A stretch of DNA of 63,945 nucleotides, filler included, from Conidiobolus incongruus B7586 (lineage: Eukaryota), in NCBI GenBank assembly GCA_000697335.1. It is 8 parts of 8 records of this genome, joined end to end, with 100 filler letters (N's around TTAATTAATTAA, not from the genome) between each part and the next. Parts side by side here need not be neighbours in the genome. Positions count along the whole stretch, not along the records: positions 10,179 to 28,252 come from JNEM01006684.1; 7 more parts are not named here. One strand, 5' to 3'. The position numbers and the translations under genes are program-made. Under the pieces are notes generated by a model that was not told where the DNA came from, made no database searches, and worked only from the letters and a program-made list of their open reading frames with translations. Positions 12,949 to 25,371 of this stretch are shown piece by piece. How positions within the stretch are numbered: position 1 is the stretch's first letter; every line of letters starts with the position of its first letter.

Positions 12949-15900
12949 ATGCTAATGACTATTTCAAGTGGTAACGAAATTCGATCAATTTTAAAGAATC
13001 CTAGTGAAAAACAAGTCAATCAATATAAGGAAGAGCAAAAACTCCAAAATTATCAAGAGTGTGTCGACTTTATCGAGAGTGTATTAGGAATTACTTTACC
13101 TGATCCAGATCTACATACGTCTCTTAAGGATGGGGTATTACTTTGCCAGTAAGTTAAATTAATTTTTATTATTAATTTACTATTATTGATATTTTTGAAT
13201 TTGTATTATTTAGATTGGTTAATAAACTTAAGCCAGATTCGGTCAAAAAAATAAGTAATAAAAACATTCCATTTTTTAAGGTAAATGAAGCATAATTAAA
13301 ATTTGAATTTTTACATTAATTTTTTTTATAGATGGCAAATATTAGTAATTTCTTGAAAGCTGCCAAAGAGCTGGGATTACAAGATAGTGACCTTTTTCAG
13401 ACTGTTGACTTGTATGAAGCTAAAAATATGACTAGTGTAAGTTATTCATTTTTTAGATATCTTGAATTCAAAATTAATATTTTGGTTTATTAGGTTATTC
13501 TAGCTATTTTAACGTTATCGCGCATTGTATGTCAGGTTCCTATGCCAAAACAAACGCCGTCCGAAAGAGAAAGGAGGCGGACCTTAACCAGTCCTTTGTC
13601 AGGTACTGAGGTTTTCAATCAGGATTCTCCAACTCAAGCACAATTGAAACCTAAACTACCCACAAAAGTTTCACCTATAACGCCTTCGGATAGTGACGCT
13701 TCAATACAATCAAATACACAACCAAAACAACCTATTAATAGCACCAATTCATTCAGAAGAGTTTCAGAATATCAGAAGAGATTAGCACTTACACAAGCTC
13801 CCACGGCTTCTCAAATGGGATCTTTGAGAGCCAAGTCCCAGATTGCTAAGAGTTCTGAATCTGTGTCTGATTCTACCAAGAAATCCCCATTAAGTTCATC
13901 TTCTAGCGTCGAGTTAAATACTAAAAGCAGTCAAGAAAATGGTGGTAGTAATAATAGCAGTAGTAGCAATGTATCTAACAAAATTAAGAACTTAAGGCTA
14001 TTCTTCGACTCATCTTCCAAAAAACCAGCCAATATTCCACCTACTATACCCACCAATCATATTCTCAGACCTGTTTTAACTCCTGAAACTCACAAAAAAT
14101 CCAACTCAACCCCAGTTGTATATTCAACACCTAAGTCTTCACAATTTTCAGCATCTGATCCCGTTCCCAAGGTCAGGACGCATGTTAGCCGCGTTAGCAC
14201 GATAGAAAAACCTCGCTTGGAGCTATCTCATGATCTGGAACCTCCTGTCATCGAATCGAATGATACCATTACTACAGTTGAAGACATGGAAGATATTCCA
14301 CAGAGCTCCACTTTCGAAGATTCAGATATTAGCTTTGTAACTAGTCCAACTGAAGAACATTCTGACGATCCTCCAATCGCTCAACCTCCACCTCCAGTGG
14401 AAGAGCTTGAGCACACAATTAAAAAAATTATTCCAACACATCCAAAGCAAAGTGTGTTACGATTGGATACAATTGACTGGAACGTAGATGATATGGATGA
14501 TGACGAGAGTTTCTCTTATAATCAATCTATTCGAACCAATTCGACGATAAGATCAATCTTAAAGAACCATTATAATGATTCTGTATCCAGTACTGAATTA
14601 GGACGTAATTATTCAATGAAGAGTCAAGGAACTCAGAAATCATTCACATCCTCTCTTTCCAAGTCCGTCTCTAATCCTCACCCTGTTAGATCGAGCATTC
14701 TATCACCTCCTAGAGTTTCCAGCTTGTTAGGCTCACAGCCGATTCCACTCACACTTTCAACTCCAAATCTTAGTACTTTGGAGCTTGAAAATTCACCACC
14801 TTCATCTTCAACAACTAATATGAAGCGTCAGCATTCTAGACACTATTCTCATCAGGTTTCAAGCGGTCAAACACAAAAACTCATGGATGCAAGGCCAAGA
14901 GCAGACAGCGATAGTAACAAGATATCAATCCCATCTGGTTTGTTGAACAAGCGGGAGCGTCTGTCTTTATTCATTGACCAATCCAGACTCATGTCAGAAT
15001 ATCAATTAGGAGACTGCATTGGTAAAGGTCAGTTTGGTTCCGTTCATAAGGCCCTTAACCTAGAAACAGGACATGTTATGGCTGTGAAAAGAATCAATCT
15101 AGAGGGCCGAGACCAATCCGAAACTGAGGCTTTAATGATGGAAGTTGAACTTCTCAAATCTCTCAGCCATCCACGAATTGTGAAATACGAAGGCTCCCTC
15201 AAATCAGATGGATATTTAAATATTATTATGGAATATGTTGAAAATGGATCTCTCCTTAATACTCTTAAATCATTCAACCCATTCCCGGAGCCTTTAGTCG
15301 CATCATATGCAATTCAAATCCTAGAAGGTTTGATGTACCTCCATGACAAGCAAGTAGTTCACTGTGATTTGAAGGCTGCCAACATTTTAACAACTAAGAA
15401 CGGTACTGTCAAACTGACAGATTTTGGTGTATCACTCAATCTTGAAGTTCGCAATAGTGATCTTGGTGAGATTGTTGCAGGAACACCATACTGGATGGCA
15501 CCTGAGGTTATTGAGTTGCGAGGTGCATCTACCGCATCGGATATTTGGAGTTTGGGATGTACAATTATTGAATTGTATACAGGAAAGCCTCCTTATATTG
15601 ATATGCAACCAATGACTGCACTGTTTCACATTGTTGAAGATGACTGTCCTCCACTTCCTGAAGGTATCTCTGAAAATCTACAAGATTTCTTGAGGTCATG
15701 CTTTAGGAAAGAACCTATGGATCGACCCACAGCTGAGCAGTTACTGTTTCATGCATGGATTATTGAATCTAGATTGAATCAGGTAATTATATTTTATATA
15801 ATTTATACTTTTTAGACTAAACAAATTTACAGGAAGTCAATCAAAAACTATCCAGACAAATGGATGAGTCTTTAAAAATCAAAGCTAGAGATTCTCAGCT

Positions 15901-16541
15901 TATGGACAGTATCTGCGAGTCTTACAACACAATTACAGATCCTTCTATACTACCTGAACCCTCACCTTCCACATTGTCGAGATTGCCAATTGAGGAATAT
16001 GAGCAGAAGGAACACCAATTCGTTAAGAGTTCATTTGGAAAAGGTATATAATTCTGATCTTAGGATTTGAACTATTTTTTAATTCTCATGATGTAGCAAT
16101 GACATGTAAAGTATGCCAGGATACTGTTAGAAAGAATGCCTTATTTTGTGATGGTAATTTTTCCAAATATTACTTATTCTATATTTAATCTAATCATTTA
16201 AATTAGATTGCGGTATGATTTGTCATGTCAAATGTGCAATCAACATTCCAATTGAATGTCATTCCAGATCACAGGATCTTAACCAGTACACGAACTATGC
16301 AAACAATAATCGTCGGCAATTGAAGAAGCCTAGCGCTATAAATCGATCTGCTCCTAGAAGGCCCGTTAATCGTCGACCTCTTATCCCAGCAGCAGCATCT
16401 GACAGTATAGTAATGGGCCCGAGAGACAGTAAAATCTCACAAACCACTATCCCATTCTCGTCGCACAATGGCCCATCCAACCACCACGCTAAAAAACCCC
16501 ATGGGAGACGCAAACGCGACGATGACTGTCGATTATCTTAA
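12949..16541 (+). CDS. STE-group Cdc15/Cdc7/SepH-like kinase with N-terminal calponin-homology domain, C-terminal C1 domain and CaaX box (multi-exon)
   Basis: CH motifs (LKDGVLLC/LVNKLKP...MANISNFLKAAKELG...LFQTVDLYE) across exons at 12949-13540. Kinase YQLGDCIGKGQFGSV...HCDLKAANIL...DFG...GTPYWMAPE. C1-like H-x-C-x2-C...C-x2-C-x4-H-x2-C...C over exons at 16010-16260. Ends KRDDDCRLS*. Confidence 0.88.
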
Positions 16542-17132
16542 TCGACTTTCACAATTTGTACTATGTAAATAACCATAATTATTCGTTTTAACATTTCACT
16601 CAAATTTCATTTGCAAAGAGTTTTTGATTTCACTGTACTTTTTTATTAAAAATCAAAATGATTTACAATTTAAATTTTCAACATATTTTATTATTTTATA
16701 TATCAGTGATTTGATCATTAAATACATTTTATTTTATAAACATTTATATCTTTTCATAATATAATTATACATTCTCAATTTATTTTTAATTACTGGAAAA
16801 TAAAAAATACATATGTTACAAATTACTTCAATTTTTATTTATTCTTTTAAGTGAGATATTAAGTTGAATTGACTAATTCAAACTTGAAATTTTAAACAAG
16901 TGCTATTAAAATTTTGGATAATTTTTTACTCAATTAAAATACACATAATAATTTGGAGAAATTATTTTCATATCAAAATAATAAAAAATGTATTAGATAT
17001 TACAGGTTTTTCAATTAAATTGGTTTATATAACCAATAACCAATAATAGAAGATAAAGAAAATTATAAAATATTTTACAAAAATAGTGAACATTTTTAAA
17101 AACTATAATCAATAAAATATTTGAAACAGTTT

Positions 17133-17574
17133 TGTTAAGTGCTCGACAATGATGGCCAGAATCAAGGTAATCAAATCCATGATTCCAGGGGTGGATGGCA
17201 CGTCCAAGACATGTCGGACGAGTTGGGGCGCATACATAATTGACTGGGTAGCGAGCATGTTGCGCAATGATGGAGAATACGTTACTTTATGTGAGTCGAC
17301 GGTAATTAATTGACCTCAATTCATCCCGACCAAAAAATGCAAATAAAAAGGATAGAATAACTTGGAAAAGAATTAGTGATAACAGTAATTTTTATTGGGT
17401 CTTTAAGGTAGAGCCGTAGCTAGTGAGCCAAGCGTCGGATGAGCGTTCTACCAGAACTTTTTAATTCTTGTTGCTTTTATGATCGCATAATGCGAGTTCC
17501 AAGTAGGGCAAGGTTTCAGTGTACCTCGTCAACTTGAGGCGGTTCGACGGATTGTCAAGTTGACAAACTTGATA
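17133..17574. mobile_element. GC/CpG-rich island, probable solo LTR (alternative: structured ncRNA)
   Basis: ~440-bp GC island in AT-rich DNA. It starts TGTTAAGT and ends GTTGACA (17565) or ACTTGATA (17574). Flanks AGTTT/GGTTC differ by two transitions. The minus strand has CATAAAA and AATAAA. No ORF of 60 aa or more. Confidence 0.45.
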
Positions 17575-18309
17575 GGTTCAATGATTTTGAAAATTGGTGA
17601 ACGAATTGGATCAAGAAAAAGATTTATCATGATATAATTTCATTAATCAATTTTGTGTACTTTAAATGGTGAATGAAATAATGTCTTGAAATTTTAAATT
17701 GAATAAGCTTTGGAACGAATGAATGTAAATTTGATTTAAGATTATACGATAAATCAATCAAACCTTATGAGAATCTATATTATGATTTGTAAGCGATTTT
17801 TGTATGATTTGAAATATTCCATTGATTCCTTATTATATAAATTTAAATTTTTCTTTTTAGTATTCTATGTTTTAATATCATAATAATATTTTTAAATATT
17901 TAAATTAATTATTACTATAATAAAAGAAGAAATATATTCTGTAAAGTATTTCTATTGGATAGAATGAACCGTTTGAAGTGTTGAAATTGATCACTCCTCC
18001 TCAAATGGTTTATTATATCATTATTGAATTATCAAATCAATCTTAGCTATATAACGATTAATCTTAAGTTTTAGTTGAAATCACATTAATGGAAAAAATT
18101 AATCATTGATATGTGTTGGGATAGTATAAACCTTTTTCCTATTACATTATGACTATTATATAATCGATCATATATAGAAATTCATTAATTTATTCAAATG
18201 GTAAAATATTATACAATAATTCAATTTTTAGAAAAGCGAACCATAAAATCTTTTATCCTAAACCAATAATTTATAATTGAATAATTGGTTCAAGCTTAAG
18301 ATATAAATA

Positions 18310-19125
18310 TTAAAGACTCTTAAGGTTGGAGCCTTTGTTAATATGATAGAATTTCGACATTGAATAATTCACGCACGGAAAGTCCGAGTCATCGTTCTGG
18401 AGATTCGATTGCGACTTGTTAGATAATTGGGCTTTGGGAAATAAAAGTCTCTTTAAATTCTCTTCAACGAGTCGCGTCTGCTCAGCGTTCACCTCTCTTA
18501 TTTTTGACGGATCTCTAAGACGCTGAGGGTAAGTCTATGATAATTTAGTCAAATCAAAATAAATTAAATTAAAAGTATTTTAGAGATTACTTACTGGAGT
18601 CTCTTTAAAAGTGTATTCATCTGGAAATGTGGGTAAATGAGATGGTATATAAGCAGGAATCTTCCTGGGAGGGTCTAAACTAGCGTTCCTAATTTGAAAG
18701 GGTCTAGGTAAAGGAGGTTTCGGCACTTTAGGAGCTAATCAACCCAGTTAATTATGATTGATCAAATTAAAATTAATTAAAATTTTACCTGGTAAATTTG
18801 ATACCGACAACATTTTCGTAGCGGAAAGTTCGACCTCCTCCCAATTAATATTTAACTGTTTTAAAGTTTGCTCCAAATCTTGAAAGTTAACTTTTGTTCT
18901 ATTACCCAATTCAGCGAAATTTTTAATAGTTTTGATTAAATATTCCATATCTAATAAATTATATATCAATTTATAAATTCAAATGAATAGTTATTTTGAT
19001 TTACAAAATTCGGAAACATTTGTCAAAGTTTCAATAGCGGATTTTTGACAAGTGTTAAAACCTTTAGCCTGAACTATTTTACCAATACTTTTGGATAATA
19101 TTAATTTGTATTCTTCTGAAGACAT
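18310..19125 (-). CDS. TAF8: TFIID subunit 8 (histone fold + TAF8 C-terminal motif), 4 exons
   Basis: MSSEEYKLILSKSIGKIVQAKGFNTCQKSAIETLT.../MEYLIKTIKNFAELGNRT... followed by PAYIPSHLPTFPDEYTFKETP and IREVNAEQTRLVEENLKRL. Confidence 0.85.
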
Positions 19126-20627
19126 TTTCAATTAATTAATGATAATTATTTACAATTTGAATTATTGTTGATTGTTATTTAGATATTATATTAAGTTGAT
19201 TTTTTTAAGAGAAAGGTGGTTGATTTTATTTCGATAGATTGTAACTTAATTTATGATTCAATTGGTATTGAATTTTATGAGTGGGATAATTTGAGTATGG
19301 CTCAAGTTGGCAAGTTTTACATTAATTAAATGCTAAATGAATAACTATTGTGCATAATAATGTAATTAATAAATAGTATATCTATTACATTATATTTTAT
19401 TTAACTGCTTTTATTCGTAATGATAGTTATGTTAAATATATGGTTATCAAAAATAATCTTACACTTTCTTGAAATTAATTTATTCTTATGGCCGAAAGAG
19501 TATGATTTTCTATTTTAATGAAAAAGTGAATGCCAAAAATATGGCAAGTAATATATATAATGAAAACAAAATGGCTATTTGGAATATCATTAATAAATTA
19601 TTTTATTCAACTAAAGACCTGCCGAATTGCTGGTTAATAAAATTTAATATATTCTTAACCCTAGTAAAATTTATGGTTATAAATATAAAAATGGTGGTTT
19701 TTTTGAATTACACCATGCTATATTTTATTAATGAAGACAAAACCTGACTTTTACCAAGAAGTTTTTATGGCAATAAAAAACAGTTAATCAAACAATTTGA
19801 TCATATATTAACCCTTTGTGATTGGCTATAAGTGTTTTGGATTGGAGATTTTTAATATTTCAAAATGCATATTTAACTTTTTTGTTTTTATTTCTAGCCA
19901 CAGAATATCTGATTGACAACTCTAATTAATACAATTTAATTATTTAATTATTTAAAAACCAGTAAACATATTATGGTATCAGCCCAATATTATAATTAAT
20001 GAAATATATTGAGTGGATTAGTATTTCAAAAGATTAGCTGAGAAAACTGAATAATATAAATTGGGATAGTATCATTTTTATTTGAGTCACAGTTTTAAAA
20101 GCAAAAGGTAACCAAATTATAAACAATTACTAAATTGGGTAAAATGGACTTTAAGTTTATCTGGGTTTAATGTATATCGGCAAAATAAACACAGAACCAA
20201 AACATCAAAAGGGATTGTGAATAGCACATACTGTAATACCAATATTATATATATTAATTAATGAATAAAGAAGACCAAAAATACAATGATTTCATTTTAG
20301 TTCATTAAATAATAATGAAAATTTTACAAGGAATAAAAAATTCAGACACAATGTGACCAATTAAATTAATTTCCCAAACAATGCTACATAATTCAAGTGA
20401 TTATCGTGAATAGTATAAAAAGATGATAAATTCCGCTAAAGTTCCATTTGAAATTTTTTCAAAATTGTAAAAAAATATAAATTCGAATAACAAAGAGTTG
20501 TTAAATATTTAAAACTAGAATTGATTGTTATTTTGATACTAGTTCTCCATAATAGTTTGATAATATTGTAAATACCTTTTCTGTTTATTTATATCTGTAG
20601 TTTGTATTGGTTATTGTTATTGACACT

Positions 20628-22190
20628 ATGCATGATAATACCAGTAGTGGAATCAAGTCAATTCCTTCTCAGTTGCATAGACTGTTAAAGCAAAAGGGAC
20701 AACATTTGACCATAATAGTTGCAGGTAATTATACTATCCGAATTTAGCTATTAGTTTTTAATTTGTTCTATTTTTAGGCCAAGCTGGGACTGGCAAGTCA
20801 ACTTTTATTAATAGTCTTTTTCAGAGTACTATTTTAGATAATAAAGAATTAATTAGTAAGAGATACACTATTAAATCTCAAGTGCCCTACAAGTATAATT
20901 TCAGGTTTACTGAAGCAGGTATAAATAAATTTTCATTTAAATAATTTTTAATTTTCATAAATTTTTTAAATTCTACAATTAGATGTAAATATTGACTTTC
21001 CTATAAAATTACGAGTCATTGACACTCCAGACTTGGGTAACTCTCTCAACAACTCTAACAGTGGAGCAATTATTTCCAATTTTATCGATTATTCATATTT
21101 CCACTACTTTAATCAGGTGCAGCAACCTAACCGTACAAAGCGATATGACAGTCGAGTTCATTTCTGTCTCTACTTCATTTCTCCCACCAACCAGGGCGTT
21201 CCTAAGTTAGATGTCAAAATCATGCAGGAATTATCTGCTAAATGTAATTTAATTCCTATTGTTGCTAAAGCTGATACATATGGGCCAATGGGTTTACAAG
21301 ATGCCAAGGATAAAGTGCGATGGTGTTTAAATCATTTTGGCATTCAAGTGTATGAGCCAAGTAATTTGCTTCTAGAAGAATCACAAGATTACTTGGCTAA
21401 AAGCCCATTGGGTATTTGTTCAAGTTCAAAATGGTACATTAATCAAGATGGCGTATCTGTGCTAGGTCGGCAATACCCTTGGGGATTGGTTGAAGGTAAT
21501 CAGATGACTCCAATTTTAAACTGTATCCTTAATTAATTTATCCAATCAAATTCCAGTTGAAAATCCCGAGCATAGTGATTTTACTCTTTTGAAAAATATG
21601 ATCTTAAGGTATTAAAATTTTTCTTATAGTATCTATATATACTCTAATTTCAATATTTAGAACGCATATGAAGGATTTGATTGAGACTATGGAAGAGAGA
21701 TACTATGAACCATTCCAGTACAATATTATCAATGGAAGTAAAACTTATGAATTCAAGTAAGCGATTAATATTATGCAAATCTTCAATTTGAGATTAATTT
21801 TTTTCATCAGTTTAATTAAATCTGCAATTGAAACTGAGCATAAAAGTGATATTGAAAAGAAGTTAGCAGAAAATGTGGAAAAGGAAAAGCATCATCTTAT
21901 GAGTTTGGAAGGAGATGTAATGATTGATGTTCTTATAAATTTGATTTTATTGACTAACCAATTTGATATAGTTAATGAGGAAAAAAAGTCTATTAGAAAA
22001 CGAAATAGAGCAACTTCAAAGTAAAGTGAGTCAACTACAAATGGAGGTTGACCAGTTAGAATCTATTCAATCACTCAACGTAACGAACTCTCAAGACTCG
22101 AACAAATTCAAATCTTTGAACACGGTTAATATTACGAAAACTCATCGTCCAAGATTAACAGCTCTATTTAAATCTAATTCTCAAGGTTAA
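20628..22190 (+). CDS. Divergent septin with C-terminal coiled coil (multi-exon)
   Basis: G1 GQAGTGKS, G3 variant DTPD, DSRVHFCLYFI, G4 AKAD, septin-unique element GRQYPWGLVE/VENPEHSDFTLLK, and coiled-coil last exons. Confidence 0.88.
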
Positions 22191-23902
22191 ATTCATTTTT
22201 AAATTATTTTCTGTCTTATTAAATGAGTTTTATAATTAATTACTAAATCCATTGCCTAATATTTGTAATAATATAAAAACACTCATCATACTCAGTGGGA
22301 TATATCAAATCATGAATATTTATTTAACAATAACTATTATAGTTATTTACTCTTCATATTTCAACTTTATCACAATCAAAGATAATCATTTTTTACCTAT
22401 ATTTACGAAAATGTAGCGATTGATACAGAATATTTTGATTTTCTGAATTTAGATGAAAAATTTTAAGTATTATGTAGTTTAATTTATTATTGGGTCTTTA
22501 CAAAATGCTATATAGAATTTATTTATATTACTATTTTATTTTTATTTGAGCATAAAAATTACATTGTTTGATTTAATAATATACATATATAGATTTGTAA
22601 AATGGAATGATACCTTAATATCAAGATAGAATATTAGGAATATATACTGTTTTCGCTTTATAAACGAACAATAGTTAGATTTATTGTTTGGACTAGTATA
22701 TATATGTATATATATAATAGATTTTGACAAAAGATTAATTATATGGTTTATCTACTAAATTCGTTATTATATGTTCATTTATTGTTTTAAACTATGAATC
22801 ATCTTAAAGGGTTTGAATTCAAAAATATAATGGTATTATTAAATATAAAAAGGAATATTCTTTATAAACAAATTGATAAACGAAGTATAATTAGTAATTC
22901 CATATACATTATGTTTTAAAGAAGCATAGATTATTAGTATTACAATTACAAAAAGAGTCATTTGCAATTGTCAATCTAACCAGAGGATATTAAATCCCAT
23001 AAATAAAAAAACCAAGTTATAAATATATCACGATTGTAATAAACTTGACAGCATTAAATATTATATTAAATAACAAATTGAATTACTTGATAGTTATATT
23101 AATTTATACAACATTAATTTTATAAATATAATATTCTACTGTCAATTATTTTTACTTTTTTCATTAAGAAATCAAAATTATGAGATTATTAACATATTAT
23201 TTAAATATTAAATTTGAATTATCAATAAAGTTACTTTATTTAAATTTTCAAATATTCGTATAATTGATTTAGTTGAAAATTTTGATTTTTTTTAATATAT
23301 CTATAATCTCTATAACTTAATTTAATCATTTTTGATTTCTTATATTTATGTTAATGAGGTAAAGACAAGATATTAAATTATTTCTAATATATAGAATTTT
23401 CGAATTATATCGAATATCATTAACTTCTATAGTCTAATCATGTTTAATATTGTATAATATTCTATTTCGAGTTCTAATATTAATTATTAGTTAAACATCA
23501 ATTTATTGTTTTTTCGATGAATTGGTGAGGCTGTTAAAATTCAGTGATATTAATGAGTTTTAACTGAGGATTTTAACTTAAATTCTATTTAATTTACTAA
23601 TAATAATAAATAACTTTTTTAAACAATCTAAATTATTATATTATATAATTTATATTCTTCCTTTTTCCTTTTTCCTTTTTCTTGATATTTTTTTATTTTT
23701 ATTCAAATTTATCTCATATTAAATGAAATCTAGAATATCAGACTAAGAATCCTAATAAATTGTTTAATGGGATGCATTAATTAAATATCTTATTAATCAG
23801 TAACCCAGTCAATTTTTGGTTTCATATCTTTTTCACTTATCGAAGTGTATTTTATAGATGATTCTGAATTATTTTGATTATTAATTCAAATAATTCTTTA
23901 CT

Positions 23903-25371
23903 ATGGTTTATATCAATGGTGTTAAATTTGCCTGTAAACAGTGTATCAAGGGTCATAGATCAAGTTCTTGTAAACATGAAGATAGACAGCTATTTGAAAT
24001 TCAGAAACGTGGCAGACCTATTACCCAGTGTGCTCACTGTAGAGAACTAAGAAAAACTAAGAAGCTTCATATAAAATGCTTGTGTGCTACAAGTGGTCAA
24101 TGTTCAGTTGGTAGTATTAAGAATTTTGATCTTGACTAGGATTCATAAATTTACTTTTTTAATAGGTAATTTGATAAATAAAAAAGGAAATAAAGCTGGG
24201 TTCGGAGGTAAGTTTCTTCAAGTTTTATTATGAAGTAGTACTTAATTTAGCTTTCAACTTAGTTGCCGATATATTGAACCCATGTGATTGTTCTAAGAAT
24301 AGTCATTGTAGATGCTGTGAAACTATTTGTTCTGTTCCTTCAACTCCATATTGTCGACCAAAACCTGCGATTGCACCAAAAATAGCCACTGAACTTGCAG
24401 CAGTTCCTGAGTTACCGCTATCTATATCTGCAAAGGCAGGGTCTAGCAGCTGTTCTCCTAATCACCCAATTTCCCCTATTGCAGTTCATACTGTTATACT
24501 GAATAATGAATCAGCTACGATGCCAAAGGAGATAAAATCTTCATGTTGTAGCTCAAAATCCCAAGCTGAACAAAAATCCGAGAATACTAATACAGTTTCA
24601 ACGACTAATAGCTCATGTTGTAAATCACCCATTAGATCAAACTCTAAAGAGACTAATATACTTCAAAGTAATATCAATGGAATACAGTCTGACAAACAAG
24701 GATGTTGTGGTAAGAAATCCTCTAAATTATCTGATATATCCACAAAAGGATGCTGTAGCTCTTCTACTGAAAAACCTACCACAAAGGGCTCACCTCAGCA
24801 TGATAAGATATGCCAGTGTGGGTGCCAAAAATCTGCTATCGGCCCGAATCCTTTATTGAGCGTTGAAAATTTATTAAATCCTTGTCAATGTTGTACAGAG
24901 GGAAAGCATTGCATTTGCTGTAGAGTTCCCGACCATCCTACATCTTTTCCAAATCAAGATAATACAGAACCTCAGCTACCTGAACCTTTTCAACCATTTC
25001 CGATCAGCACCAGTTTATCATTGAACATCCAATCTGTAGATGACATTTATAATTATGCTCAAAGTACGAGTATTTCAGCATCCCAACCATGCTGTAGCAC
25101 AATAAATGAACTTGACAAAAAATCTGAATGCTGTGGTGCCTCCGCTAAAACTAGGGGACATGATCCCAAAGGATGTGCAAATTGTCAGATCGAATGTCGA
25201 TGTGCTGAAACTCAGGGTAAGTGCTGTACCACCAAGGATGAGAGAAAGGAGTATTTTGACAAAGATGGAGTTCCTATCTGCGGGTGTGGATGTACAATAC
25301 CTGCTGAAGAATGTAGCGACTGTGTCAAAGATCTCTGCACCGAATACATTTTAAAACCACCTTCATTTTAA
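23903..25371 (+). CDS. Copper-fist transcription factor (Ace1/Cup2/Mac1/Haa1 family) with Cys-rich C-terminal region, 3 exons
   Basis: MVYINGVKFACKQCIKGHRSSSCKH...KRGRPITQCAHCRELRK...HIKCLC is the copper-fist signature. Many CC, CxC and CxxC clusters follow. Confidence 0.9.

Noticed and set aside
17500..17512. CAAGTAGGGCAAG as a possible telomerase RNA template (9-nt period)
   Set aside because: Only a 4-nt terminal repeat, the host telomere repeat is unknown, and no other telomerase RNA element could be shown; chance is likely.
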